Positions 9,975 through 19,309 of a stretch of 64,000 nucleotides of DNA are shown here, piece after piece. The notes beneath the pieces are model-generated. The model was not told where the DNA came from, did not search any database, and saw only the letters and a program-made list of their open reading frames with translations. Each line of letters opens with the position of its first letter. Position 1 is the stretch's first letter. The DNA lies in IMG/VR virus record IMGVR_UViG_3300024307_000003, positions 1-64,000 of that record; one strand, given 5' to 3'. A program made the position numbers and the translations under genes. Origin of the DNA: a virus.

Positions 9975-10277
9975 TTAATCTTTTTCTACCAACCCAAGAG
10001 ATTGGCTATAAGTCAAGTATTTCTCTACTTTATTAATCTTTTCATTCTGAAGACCGTAGTCTTCCATTAATATTGGATGCTCGTAACCGAGGTTACGTAA
10101 CATAGACCTAGCGCTAAGAAGATCGTTATATTCTTTTGTCATCCGTCCTTCGTTTGTTTCATTAGTTCCTTCGATCATTTCAAACAAACCAAATTGAGAA
10201 GCTTTCAGAGCGGCTTGCGCCAGCTCTGTAGCCTCCTCAGCAATCCTGATAAGATAGAACTGTTCCAGTGTCATCAT
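9975..10277 (-). CDS. MazG-like nucleotide pyrophosphohydrolase
   Basis: IAEEATELAQAALK...EYNDLL matches the EExxE...ExxD pattern. Confidence 0.6.
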   Translation of the reverse strand: MMTLEQFYLIRIAEEATELAQAALKASQFGLFEMIEGTNETNEGRMTKEYNDLLSARSMLRNLGYEHPILMEDYGLQNEKINKVEKYLTYSQSLGLVEKD

Positions 10278-10543
10278 ACTCTGTGCTCCTTAAGTAGTTT
10301 TTCGTATTCTGTTTTAATCTCTTCATCTAAATCAGAAGCTTTTTTGTAGACAGATAGAAAGTATTTCAAAAGGTCGTATGTAACTCCCCAATCACAAGAC
10401 ATTAAATCTATGTGCTTAACAAGTTCTACAATCTCTTCGTGAGTTAGGTTATGTAAAACTTGGTCGATAACATAACCAACATTGGATTCGACAACTATAG
10501 GAACTTCCCTTTCGAGAAGGTCTTTAGGTACTGATGTCGTCAT
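10274..10543 (-). CDS. hypothetical protein
   Basis: 89-aa ORF, translationally coupled. Confidence 0.7.
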   Translation of the reverse strand: MTTSVPKDLLEREVPIVVESNVGYVIDQVLHNLTHEEIVELVKHIDLMSCDWGVTYDLLKYFLSVYKKASDLDEEIKTEYEKLLKEHRV

Positions 10544-10552
10544 ATCCGTTTC

Positions 10553-10873
10553 TCACACATCAATAGTGACACGAGTAACTTCATCCTTCTTGCGGTGCAG
10601 ACGTACAGCCTCTACACGATTACCTCCGTGTTCACGAACAATGAACAACTCAATATCCGCTGTAGGAATCTTCTCAATAATCTCAGTCTTACGCTTCTTG
10701 TTGAAATAGTGCACTACCAATCGAGACTCTTTATGATCAGGATCAAGCATCACTTGGTTGTTAGGAACTATTTCTTCTGCTCCCTTGTACCAATACTCCT
10801 TCACTCCGTCCAATTTATATGTCTCTCCAGACAAGTAAAGAATATGCAGCTTGCTTTTATTCTTAGACATCAT
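10553..10873 (-). CDS. hypothetical protein
   Basis: 106-aa ORF with GAGGAG SD. Confidence 0.7.
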   Translation of the reverse strand: MMSKNKSKLHILYLSGETYKLDGVKEYWYKGAEEIVPNNQVMLDPDHKESRLVVHYFNKKRKTEIIEKIPTADIELFIVREHGGNRVEAVRLHRKKDEVTRVTIDV

Positions 10874-11030
10874 CTTTCTCCTCTCCTGACCACTCTTGTA
10901 GAATCTCTATTGCAAAATCCCAGCCATCCCAGTTATCCACTCCAGCGGCACGCAAAGCCTCTAGGAATAGTTGGTCGTCTAGCAACTTGTGGTATTCCTT
11001 CTCAGGAATTGTTACTGTTTTTTCTGTCAT
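10863..11030 (-). CDS. small conserved phage protein (L.ALRAAGVDNWDGW)
   Basis: 55-aa ORF absent from the track, translated by hand; AGGAGG SD; GVDNW motif typical of a widespread phage family. Confidence 0.75.
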   Translation of the reverse strand: MTEKTVTIPEKEYHKLLDDQLFLEALRAAGVDNWDGWDFAIEILQEWSGEEKDDV

Positions 11031-11039
11031 GCTTCCTCC

Positions 11040-11426
11040 TTACAGAGATGCCAGCAGTTTATCAATTTCTTCCAGAGACAATTCTTCCAGAGCTTTATTC
11101 TGCTTGGCTGCTTTGATTGTCAGCAGTTTTTCCTTCTCTGCTTTCTTGGCTGCTGCGTTCTTAGCTTCTTCTGTAGCTTCCAGACGTTTGGCAATAATAT
11201 GCTTCACGATGTCCAGCTTCAGGGCGAGCAGGCTGTTAGCCTTGCTCGGGGTTTCTACAAAGCTTTCTTCAGAAGACTCACGCAGGGAACGGTTAATTCC
11301 TTTTGCAATATCATCCAAAGACACACCATTTTTGCTAGTGAGAGGCAAATCCCACAGCTCTTCTGTTGTCAGATCACCTTTCTTGGTTTCAAAACGCAGT
11401 TTCATTTGACTAGCTTTCTCGAACAT
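11040..11426 (-). CDS. conserved hypothetical protein (KLRFETKKGDLTTEELWDLPL)
   Basis: 128-aa helical protein with AAGGAG SD; adjacent to the 669-aa gene. Confidence 0.85.
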   Translation of the reverse strand: MFEKASQMKLRFETKKGDLTTEELWDLPLTSKNGVSLDDIAKGINRSLRESSEESFVETPSKANSLLALKLDIVKHIIAKRLEATEEAKNAAAKKAEKEKLLTIKAAKQNKALEELSLEEIDKLLASL

Positions 11427-11441
11427 ATATTTCTCCTTTCG

Positions 11442-13451
11442 TTAGAAGTTCACTTTTAATACACGGTTAAAACTACCACTCACTTTCACATAAGCACTAT
11501 TCCTTTGTGTGGATGAGAAGCCAAGTCCTGAGAGTTGATTTTCCGAGTCCTCAACTTTCATCTTGCTTCCCAACACTTCAAACACTTTACGATGCTCAGT
11601 AAGTTCATCCTTCAGGAACTCATTGTAGAATCCACGGCTCTGGCCTTCCTGCTTGCATTTATCCAGAATGAAGAACAAATGACGATTGCCTGTCTGATTA
11701 CCATCCCAATGGTTAGGAGAGTTCATAATCATTTTCACTTTATGGAAAGTCCCGGTTGGAACATTCCAGAGTTCTTTACTCTTCGAGGTGGAAGGAAGAG
11801 AGGTGATAATTTGCATCCCACCGTTCTTACCAATTGAGAATTCAACAACATTCACAGAGCCAGATACTTTTTTGTCATAGGCAAAGTGATACACCTGCCC
11901 TTCATATTCCATTTCCAACTCAAAACCAACATCAATAGCTTCTCGTTGAATAAACTGATTGACGTACACACGGTAGGTGTGGTTCTTAATCTTGTTTGCG
12001 TCTGTCCACACAATATTTTCTACAGGAGTACGTGATCGTGGACCACCAGCATTCATATCCACGTCCAACTGACCACCTGTCAGCGGCCCTTTAGAGCTAC
12101 GGGTTGCGTAGTAAAGATGTTCTTTATTCCCATCCACTGCTACGTGCAAATCCAAATCATCTCCGTTATACCAAGACAAGGAACAACGCAGAACACCGTT
12201 CACATTGCCGCCAGCAGCCTTTACCCGTTCCTTAATGGAGTCTGTCACTTCACCCGCATAAGACCAACTGAAGTTGTTGTTCCACTTGAAGATGGGCTTA
12301 GCATCAGGATGCTTAGGAGCAATCAAGCTCACCAAGTTATTTTGGTGTTTGTTCTCAAACAACAGCTCAATACTGGAAGCTTTAGGAACCACATTGGTCA
12401 AGAAAGAATCAACATCAATCTCCTCCACTTTCTTAAGGTTATCAACCTTCGTAGGAGCTGCTTCAGCCATTTCATCAAAGACATTCATTGCTTTCTTAAT
12501 ACTGCGATCAGCAAACAACACATTATTGATAGTGATGTCCGTTTCTACAGCATAGCGCCGTTCCAGCGCTGTGTCAATACCCAATTCTTCCACTTTCTTC
12601 TGAGCATTCTGGATCATAGCCTTGGTTACAAGGGCAGTAGGACGTTTATAGTTGGTGGGGGCCACCTTAGCTTCAAAGCTGGCAACAGCTTGATCCAAGT
12701 CCTTCCCTTCCTCAATGTCCACCAGCAACGTACCAATTACAGTGTTACGAATTTTACTAGCTCCGCCAAGCTCTTTGGACTTAATCCAGACATACCCTTC
12801 TTTCTGCTCAGGAGACAGCTTGTTAAACTCCTTCTTCAGTTTGATGAAGCCTTCCACTGTCCGCTTATGCTCCTCACCACGGTAGAGAGAGCCTTGTTCA
12901 ATAAGCTCCATCACTGTCTGTGCTGTGCCCAGCGACAGCTCTTCCAGAGAGCGCAGGAGAACGTCTTTGTTCGACCGCATATCACCCTTGCGGGAGGGGA
13001 TCATGTCCTTACGTAGGACATACTGTGAAGCCAGAGGGGTGTAGAAGTGCTCCCACTTACGTGGCTTACCATCAATCTCTTCGTGATTGAAGTCCGTTCC
13101 CACTTTGTTCTCATAGTGAAAGTATGGATCAGCAATTGAGCAACTATTAACATATTGTTTCATTGCTTCAATAACAGGTTGGTAGTAGCCACCCACTTGA
13201 ATATCCCAGATGCTGACACGTTGATTGTTCACGATGGTTACAACACCACCAATGTTCTTGATGAACTGCCGGCAGCAAGAACAATCATATTCCCGACGCT
13301 CACGGAAGATTTTGTTAGTTCCCGCTGGGAAGCTGTCAAGATATGTGTTCCATAGAACATCGTTATCTACGTTAGTGGTGTAGAGGCCAGTTGGTTCCAT
13401 TTGTTTCAGTTGTCGCTGGATAGCGTTTTTAAACTCAGTGAAATTAGTCAT
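11442..13451 (-). CDS. conserved hypothetical 669-aa protein with C-terminal YfaP/DUF2135-like domain
   Basis: N-terminal YDCSCCRQF; SLSW...DDLDLH...GGQLDVDMNAGG...PVENIVW. Confidence 0.8.
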   Translation of the reverse strand: MTNFTEFKNAIQRQLKQMEPTGLYTTNVDNDVLWNTYLDSFPAGTNKIFRERREYDCSCCRQFIKNIGGVVTIVNNQRVSIWDIQVGGYYQPVIEAMKQYVNSCSIADPYFHYENKVGTDFNHEEIDGKPRKWEHFYTPLASQYVLRKDMIPSRKGDMRSNKDVLLRSLEELSLGTAQTVMELIEQGSLYRGEEHKRTVEGFIKLKKEFNKLSPEQKEGYVWIKSKELGGASKIRNTVIGTLLVDIEEGKDLDQAVASFEAKVAPTNYKRPTALVTKAMIQNAQKKVEELGIDTALERRYAVETDITINNVLFADRSIKKAMNVFDEMAEAAPTKVDNLKKVEEIDVDSFLTNVVPKASSIELLFENKHQNNLVSLIAPKHPDAKPIFKWNNNFSWSYAGEVTDSIKERVKAAGGNVNGVLRCSLSWYNGDDLDLHVAVDGNKEHLYYATRSSKGPLTGGQLDVDMNAGGPRSRTPVENIVWTDANKIKNHTYRVYVNQFIQREAIDVGFELEMEYEGQVYHFAYDKKVSGSVNVVEFSIGKNGGMQIITSLPSTSKSKELWNVPTGTFHKVKMIMNSPNHWDGNQTGNRHLFFILDKCKQEGQSRGFYNEFLKDELTEHRKVFEVLGSKMKVEDSENQLSGLGFSSTQRNSAYVKVSGSFNRVLKVNF

Positions 13452-13795
13452 TATTCCTCATCCTCATCAATAATTTCGAAGTCTTCCCCTACAATGTCAC
13501 GCAATTCTTTCATTGTAAGAATTTTCTTAGCCTTTCTTTGCCATACACACAAATGTGCATCCAGCCTCTTTAAATTTGAGAACCTTGTTGTATTTACTTG
13601 ATAAACCGCATCAATACTCAGGCGTTCATCAGGAGGATAAGAAAGGTCTTCTTTCTGGTCTGACAGATCCATATAACTATCATCGAAAAACAAAACTGCC
13701 AGCTCACCACATTCATCCTCAATAACCAAGCCAGCACACTTATCTCTGCATTCTACAATATGCTTTCCTGCTTTCAAATCTTTCAGAGTAAACAT
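13451..13795 (-). CDS. hypothetical protein, paralogue of 13806-14174
   Basis: Start at 13795 (AGGAGG SD); DLKAGKHIVE...LTMKELRDIVG. Confidence 0.75.
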   Translation of the reverse strand: MFTLKDLKAGKHIVECRDKCAGLVIEDECGELAVLFFDDSYMDLSDQKEDLSYPPDERLSIDAVYQVNTTRFSNLKRLDAHLCVWQRKAKKILTMKELRDIVGEDFEIIDEDEE

Positions 13796-13805
13796 ATTAT
13801 CCTCC

Positions 13806-14174
13806 TTATCCTGTAATCCTGATTTTATGTCCCAAGATTTCTTCAATCTCTGAGATTGTTATGTCTCGTACATCTTCTTCTTCTTTGTCTTCCACCTTCT
13901 CATGTAAATCCAGAGCCTTCCACAAAACAATATCAGAAACACATGCTGCATAAGGGTCTTCAATTTCATACGCATGAGTAATTTTAAGATCACCATCTAT
14001 AGCTGAGCCTGTGGAATCAAAATCAGAAGCCAGCGTGAAAATCTCGGTTTTATCTTCCCAGAAGAAAATTTCCCCGTTTCCAGTTGTTAGCACAAGGGCG
14101 TTGTCTCCGTTAGAATATTGTACGAAATGTTTACCCGGAACTAAGTCATCAGGGAATTTGAAATTAGTTTTCAT
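13806..14174 (-). CDS. hypothetical protein, paralogue of 13451-13795
   Basis: DLVPGKHFVQ...ITISEIEEILG. Confidence 0.75.
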   Translation of the reverse strand: MKTNFKFPDDLVPGKHFVQYSNGDNALVLTTGNGEIFFWEDKTEIFTLASDFDSTGSAIDGDLKITHAYEIEDPYAACVSDIVLWKALDLHEKVEDKEEEDVRDITISEIEEILGHKIRITG

Positions 14175-14205
14175 ATTGTTTCCTCTTGTTTGTTGTGATG
14201 AGGGA

Positions 14206-14234
14206 AGATTAACTTGTGTGTTTTCTCATGTCAA
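14206..14234 (-). promoter_or_regulatory. sigma70 promoter
   Basis: TTGACA-17-TAATCT upstream of the replication block. Confidence 0.7.
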
Positions 14235-14238
14235 CATT

Positions 14239-14430
14239 TTATTTTAAACTTTTTAAACAATGTTCTGTGATACAGATACAATCGTAACCATTACTTAGCA
14301 TTGTATTAATCTCTACAATGTAAACAGTGAGTTCAGGGAATTTAGAAGCTATCCCTCTTACATACCCTGTTTGTCCTGATAACTCTTCTCCACAATTAAC
14401 AAGCTCAACACATTCTAAATATTTTAACAT
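14239..14430 (-). CDS. small SH3/KOW-like hypothetical protein
   Basis: Start at 14430 after AGGAGA SD. Confidence 0.65.
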   Translation of the reverse strand: MLKYLECVELVNCGEELSGQTGYVRGIASKFPELTVYIVEINTMLSNGYDCICITEHCLKSLK

Positions 14431-14708
14431 ATCTATTCTCCTATTTAAACCAAACGAATCTGTATTATAATACATAGGAGAGTTGCTGTGCAACTCTCTA
14501 TACATAGCTATCTATTAACCTAACAAGAAAACAATCCAATAAATTGTCTTGTTTTATTCCTTGCTTTGTTCTAACCTTCGTGGGCGACTACGCCGCTATT
14601 CCCTGCTATAGCGATACATGGCTTAAGCCTAGCACATAAAGAACTTAGTGTAAAGAACTATTTTATCTAAATTACTTAGTGTGTTAGGAAAAGAATACTA
14701 AATATGTG

Positions 14709-14737
14709 TTGACACCTACAAAGTAGGTTGATATAGT
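14709..14737 (+). promoter_or_regulatory. strong sigma70 promoter
   Basis: TTGACA-17-TATAGT; spacer carries ACCTAC-aaa-GTAGGT; heads the plus-strand block. Confidence 0.8.
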
Positions 14738-14769
14738 GTGTTACACAAACTAACTAGGAGGTAATTATT

Positions 14770-14853
14770 ATGGAAGGTATTATGTTTTTACTAGGTGTAG
14801 CTGGCGGGGTTGGGTTGATAGCCTGCCTTATCCTATATTGTCTACTGTCTTGA
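14770..14853 (+). CDS. 27-aa hydrophobic peptide
   Basis: MEGIMFLLGVAGGVGLIACLILYCLLS; AGGAGG SD directly after the promoter. Confidence 0.55.
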   Translation: MEGIMFLLGVAGGVGLIACLILYCLLS

Positions 14854-14864
14854 AGGAGATAAAG

Positions 14865-15119
14865 ATGTATTCAACAACCAATAAACCGACAGTGGGAAGC
14901 ACTGTATATCATGTCGCACATCCCACTATCCCTGCAAGGGTGTTGAAAATACTCCCTTTGTGTGACTACGGGCTACATACGGTGTTTGTACAGTTTGACC
15001 AGTCTGTTGCATTTTCAGGTAATCCGGGCAGAGGAAGAAGTGAGTTTTGGGTTTGTAACCCGGAATTGCTGTATGACTCAGAAGCTGAGGCATTCAAACA
15101 TAACAAGGAGAATGTATGA
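14865..15119 (+). CDS. hypothetical protein
   Basis: AAGGAG SD; coupled to the next gene. Confidence 0.7.
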   Translation: MYSTTNKPTVGSTVYHVAHPTIPARVLKILPLCDYGLHTVFVQFDQSVAFSGNPGRGRSEFWVCNPELLYDSEAEAFKHNKENV

Positions 15120-15871
15120 AAATTGCTATTCACTCCGATTTACATACAGAATTTGGGAATGGATTTCCAGAAGGATTTCTTGAGAACAAAGATTTTGATG
15201 TTCTTGTGCTTGCTGGAGACTTCAGTAATGTAGATGTGATTGAGCCTTATCTTTGTGAAGTGAGGAGTATGACAGACAAGCCTATTCTGTTTGTTCCCGG
15301 TAATCATGATTTTTACTCAAAACATCTCTACTTCGATGATGCTCTGACTGTAATCCAAGGAATGTGTCTTGCTAATGGGGTTATTCCGCTTTACAGGGCC
15401 TCCTACGAACTTTCTGGGGTGAGATTTGTAGGGTGTGCAGGGTGGCCTAATATGAAAGCTGTAAAAGGCTATGTAGACGAGTGGGATAAGATTGTTGTAA
15501 AGAAAAGCATTAGTGACTTCCGCTGGATTAAGGATTGGAGTGTGGATAGGATGCTTAAAGAGGCTGAGGAAGACTACAACTGGCTTCGATGTGCTTTGTC
15601 TATTCCTCAACCTAAGACAGTAGTGATAACACATTATCCTCCTAGTTTGTTGTTGAACGCTGGGCACTTCCCTATTGGTCCCTTGACAAACTATTTCCAC
15701 AATGACTACCCTGAGCTCTTTGAGACAGAGAATAAACCAAAGGCTTGGGTATATGGACATACACATTTTGGTGTCAATCGTGAAATTAATGGTGTACAAT
15801 GCTATTCGAATCAGTTAGGCTACAAGGGTGAGAGCACAAATTACTGTCCTAATAGAATTATTGAAGTTTAA
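15116..15871 (+). CDS. calcineurin-like metallophosphoesterase
   Basis: SDLH, LAGD, PGNHD, ITHYPP and GHTH motifs. Confidence 0.92.
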   Translation: MKIAIHSDLHTEFGNGFPEGFLENKDFDVLVLAGDFSNVDVIEPYLCEVRSMTDKPILFVPGNHDFYSKHLYFDDALTVIQGMCLANGVIPLYRASYELSGVRFVGCAGWPNMKAVKGYVDEWDKIVVKKSISDFRWIKDWSVDRMLKEAEEDYNWLRCALSIPQPKTVVITHYPPSLLLNAGHFPIGPLTNYFHNDYPELFETENKPKAWVYGHTHFGVNREINGVQCYSNQLGYKGESTNYCPNRIIEV

Positions 15872-15881
15872 GGAGAGCACA

Positions 15882-16166
15882 ATGCAGCGTAAACAGAAGC
15901 ACGATTTGATTATGTCTACAGGAGGGAAGTTCTTCTCTGTTGTGTTTGAGAAGAAAGATAAGAGCGTTAGGGAGATGACGTGTCGCCTTGGGGTACAGAA
16001 ACATCTGAAAGGGGGTGAAAGTACATTAACAGCTTATCCTCAATATGTGACAGTGTTTGATGTAGAGAAAGAAGATTACAGGGCAATCAATCTCGACACA
16101 CTGTTGCAGATCAAAACAGGCGGTGTTACTATCTCTTTCAAAGAGGAGAACAAAGATGTGGCATGA
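15882..16166 (+). CDS. SH3 beta-barrel/WYL-like protein
   Basis: FSVVFEKKDKSVREMTCRLG...VFDVEKEDYRAINLD. Confidence 0.7.
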   Translation: MQRKQKHDLIMSTGGKFFSVVFEKKDKSVREMTCRLGVQKHLKGGESTLTAYPQYVTVFDVEKEDYRAINLDTLLQIKTGGVTISFKEENKDVA

Positions 16167-16383
16167 AGCAGAGATAATCATTGCAGGAGTTAAGCTAACA
16201 TCAGCACAATCTATGACTGTGCGCGTAGCTCTATCAAGCTTCATCTCGGATATGTATGTTCATGGCTTGGGAGAAGATCAGACAGGGAAAGAAATAGCTC
16301 AGGGCTACTTGTGTAATGGAGCAGAAGTGTGTAGACTAATCAGTAAATCCATTGATAAACAAAACGAAGGAGAAACAGAATGA
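16156..16383 (+). CDS. conserved hypothetical protein
   Basis: GAGGAG SD; GVKLTSAQSMTVRVA...LGEDQTG. Confidence 0.7.
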   Translation: MWHEAEIIIAGVKLTSAQSMTVRVALSSFISDMYVHGLGEDQTGKEIAQGYLCNGAEVCRLISKSIDKQNEGETE

Positions 16384-16772
16384 CTTATTTTATGTTGTAT
16401 ATTCTTGCTATTATAGATTATATTAATATTACTTTCGGAATTGCCGCAGGTATTGTTGTGTGTATGTGGGTAGTTGGTTTTATTGTTTGGTGTTGTACAA
16501 CCGAGTCTTATAGTGAATCAGATCAGAAAATTAATTCCTACCTTCAGAAAATTGTGTCTAAAGCTGCATGGATTACAGGTGTTATTGTTCTTCTGAATAT
16601 TTTAATTCCTTCTCAGAAGTCTGTCGTTATGATTCTGGCAGGAGGAACCACGTTTGATGTCATCACTTCTCCTCAAGCTAAAGAAGTAGGTGGAAAGAGT
16701 CTTGATTTGCTTAATAAGTTTCTTGATGAACAACTACAAGAAAAAACCAAGAAGGACAAGAAAGATGAGTAA
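16380..16772 (+). CDS. membrane protein
   Basis: Two hydrophobic segments followed by IPSQK. Confidence 0.75.
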   Translation: MTYFMLYILAIIDYINITFGIAAGIVVCMWVVGFIVWCCTTESYSESDQKINSYLQKIVSKAAWITGVIVLLNILIPSQKSVVMILAGGTTFDVITSPQAKEVGGKSLDLLNKFLDEQLQEKTKKDKKDE

Positions 16773-17664
16773 GCATTTAGATAAATTAGTTCTTGGCGAC
16801 AGCATCAATGGAATCAAAGAAATTCCCGATGAATTTGTGCACCTTATTTTAAGTGATATTCCTTATGGGATTGGCGCCGAAGATTGGGACGTTCTTCATG
16901 ACAACAAAAATTCTGCTTACTTAGGCTCAAGCCCCGCACAAATTAAGGCTGGAGCAGTTTTCAAGAAACGCGGGAAACCCATCAATGGATGGTCTGAAGC
17001 AGACCGAGAAATACCAAAGCAATATTATGAATGGTGTTCTACTTGGGCGGCAGAATGGTTGCGCGTTGTAAAGCCGGGCGGTTCTGTTTTCATATTTGCA
17101 GGTCGTCGCTACGCTCACAGATGTATTTCCGCACTCGAAGACGCAGGTTTTAGTTTTAAAGATATGTTCTCTTGGATGCGCCAGCGCGCTCCACACAGGG
17201 CACAACGTGTTAGCGTTGTTTATGAGCGGCGAGGAGATTTGGAAAACTCGCAAAAATGGGATGGTTGGCGCGTTGGAAATCTTCGCCCAACATTTGAGCC
17301 TGTTCTTTGGTTTACCAAACCATACAAAATTGGAACCACTATCGCAGATAATGTTTTAACTCACGGGGTCGGTGCATTTAACGAAGAGGCATTTTTAAAA
17401 TATGAGAAATCACCTGATAATGTGCTAATGAGTGGTTTTATTTCTGGTGAAACAGGTTATCACCCGACCCAAAAACCAATAAGACTAATGCAGGCACTGA
17501 TTGAACTTACAACTCAAGAAGGCCAAGTTGTTTTAGATCCATTTAGCGGCAGTGGCTCTACACTTATTGCTGCAAAATCACTTGGAAGAAAATATATCGG
17601 TTTCGAAGCAAACGAGGAATACGCAAAAATTGCAGAGGAAAGGTTAGAATGCAACAACGTCTGA
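16765..17664 (+). CDS. beta-class amino-DNA methyltransferase, M.HindIII/M.EcoVIII-like (AAGCTT)
   Basis: SDIPYGI catalytic motif, HPTQKP, VLDPFSGSGS SAM motif; stretches FKKRGKPINGWSEAD, APHRAQR and WRVGNLRPTFEP match my recollection of M.HindIII. Confidence 0.88.
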   Translation: MSKHLDKLVLGDSINGIKEIPDEFVHLILSDIPYGIGAEDWDVLHDNKNSAYLGSSPAQIKAGAVFKKRGKPINGWSEADREIPKQYYEWCSTWAAEWLRVVKPGGSVFIFAGRRYAHRCISALEDAGFSFKDMFSWMRQRAPHRAQRVSVVYERRGDLENSQKWDGWRVGNLRPTFEPVLWFTKPYKIGTTIADNVLTHGVGAFNEEAFLKYEKSPDNVLMSGFISGETGYHPTQKPIRLMQALIELTTQEGQVVLDPFSGSGSTLIAAKSLGRKYIGFEANEEYAKIAEERLECNNV

Positions 17665-17740
17665 TTCGTTCTGGAAATCTTTTCTTCTATCCTGACAAAA
17701 GCATGTATATCTATTACACCCCAACACATTGGAGGTATTT

Positions 17741-17932
17741 GTGAATAAACACGTAGAGAAAGTTGATCTATATTTTCAGTCTGGTAATTCTGTGCCTGTT
17801 AAGCGTGCCAGTATTCCCGTTGAAGACTGGGATGCTGTTCTGAGCTACATTGAATATCTTGAAAAGCGTGTCTCTGATTATGGGTGGGAAGCATCAGCTC
17901 GTTATGCTGCAATGACAGGAGGAACATTGTGA
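17741..17932 (+). CDS. hypothetical protein (FQSGNSVPVKRA)
   Basis: GGAGG SD with GTG start. Confidence 0.7.
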   Translation: MNKHVEKVDLYFQSGNSVPVKRASIPVEDWDAVLSYIEYLEKRVSDYGWEASARYAAMTGGTL

Positions 17933-18294
17933 ACAGGATTCAACAGATTATTGACAATCATGGAGTTAAGAGTATTGAAGATTATGATGATCTTCCTGAG
18001 CGTAAGAAACACTTGTTAGTGACAGAACTTCGACACCATCTTCACACCATTTGTGATTATGACACTGACTGGGATATTATGGCTAACAAAGCAGAAGAGG
18101 TGGTTAAACGGCAGCTACTACAGAGTAGCTTACAATATAGCTTCTTCTTGGAGGATTTATATATGGAAGGCTATCGCTCTTTCATTAAAGATCATATCTA
18201 TGTTCCATATCAAGGAGAGGAGGAAGAGAACATTCTTTCCAACAAAGCAGATGATCTATATAATTCTCAAGACGAGTGGTATAATTTCCGATGA
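17929..18294 (+). CDS. hypothetical protein
   Basis: AGGAGG SD with GTG start; 4-bp overlap. Confidence 0.7.
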   Translation: MNRIQQIIDNHGVKSIEDYDDLPERKKHLLVTELRHHLHTICDYDTDWDIMANKAEEVVKRQLLQSSLQYSFFLEDLYMEGYRSFIKDHIYVPYQGEEEENILSNKADDLYNSQDEWYNFR

Positions 18295-18521
18295 ACACTA
18301 AGAAATGTCCTATTTGTAGGGTAGGAAAGCTGGAGGACATGATAGATTGGAATTTCATTGATAAAATTGAGATTGATATTCCTGTGTTCTTTTCAAAGTG
18401 CGACGTGTGTGACAGCGAACAGGCTGATAGTTTCCAAGTGGCCTTGAATAAAGAAGTATACAAACAACTATTAGAACGGGAGAAGCATTATGATAATCTA
18501 CACCAATCGTCATCCAACTAA
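18291..18521 (+). CDS. stand-alone MqsA/YgiT-type zinc-finger protein
   Basis: KCPICRVGKL-(~22)-FSKCDVCDSE followed by a helix; no HTH. Confidence 0.6.
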   Translation: MNTKKCPICRVGKLEDMIDWNFIDKIEIDIPVFFSKCDVCDSEQADSFQVALNKEVYKQLLEREKHYDNLHQSSSN

Positions 18522-19002
18522 ATGTGCCAATGACATTGCAAAGCAAGATTGGAGCCTGTACATCCTACATTATCAGAAAATACTGAGTGCTGTTCACAAG
18601 TTGTTGGATGATACAGACATCCCCGACATCACTCCTTGCTCTGTAAACTCCCCTGATGTGTTGTGGGTGAGGAATAGTAAACAACACTATGAGTGGTTAT
18701 TTGATTGCATGTGTCAGCTTATGGTGTTGCATCATAAGTATTCAGGAGAAGAGAAGAAGGACAACTCTGGAGCTATTATGGCTCTAGCTCGGCCTCCTCA
18801 CAACCTTCTCAATCATGGCTGGGCTGATCCCTATAGCCCAGATCAAAAGCCTTACAGGAAGCCTGCTGTGGACGTATGGCGCTATCAGCTTCTCAGTTGG
18901 TGGAACACAGGGGAACGTAAGAGTACATGGCCACAGGGACAACCGGAGTGGGTTGAATACAACAATGATAAGTGTGGGTATGTTATGAGGATTCCTAAAT
19001 GA
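18490..19002 (+). CDS. divergent pyrimidine-dimer DNA glycosylase (DenV-like) family protein
   Basis: HPTKCA...QKILSAVH...LWVRNSKQHYEWL resembles the family pattern. Confidence 0.5.
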   Translation: MIIYTNRHPTKCANDIAKQDWSLYILHYQKILSAVHKLLDDTDIPDITPCSVNSPDVLWVRNSKQHYEWLFDCMCQLMVLHHKYSGEEKKDNSGAIMALARPPHNLLNHGWADPYSPDQKPYRKPAVDVWRYQLLSWWNTGERKSTWPQGQPEWVEYNNDKCGYVMRIPK

Positions 19003-19090
19003 ATTACATGAATAGTTTTCTTTTGGGGGTTGTAATCCTTGTTGTTGTAACGTATATTATATCCAGTATATTTGATAAAGAGGATAAGAA

Positions 19091-19309
19091 ATGAGTATTG
19101 TCAAACTGAATCTGGAGGAGTTCACCTCCAACCATACCAACAATATCCTTGACGCTTTGGATGTAATGTCCGATACTGAGCTTGGGATTTTGGAAACCTG
19201 CTGTAGCATCATCCTTGCTGAGCGATATACGACAGGGCGAGGGAAGATTGTCAATTCCTTCGTAATGTCCCAGCTGGAAGAAACTAACTTTGAGGAGCTA
19301 TTGAAATGA
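19091..19309 (+). CDS. hypothetical protein
   Basis: 72-aa ORF with GAGGA SD. Confidence 0.7.
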   Translation: MSIVKLNLEEFTSNHTNNILDALDVMSDTELGILETCCSIILAERYTTGRGKIVNSFVMSQLEETNFEELLK

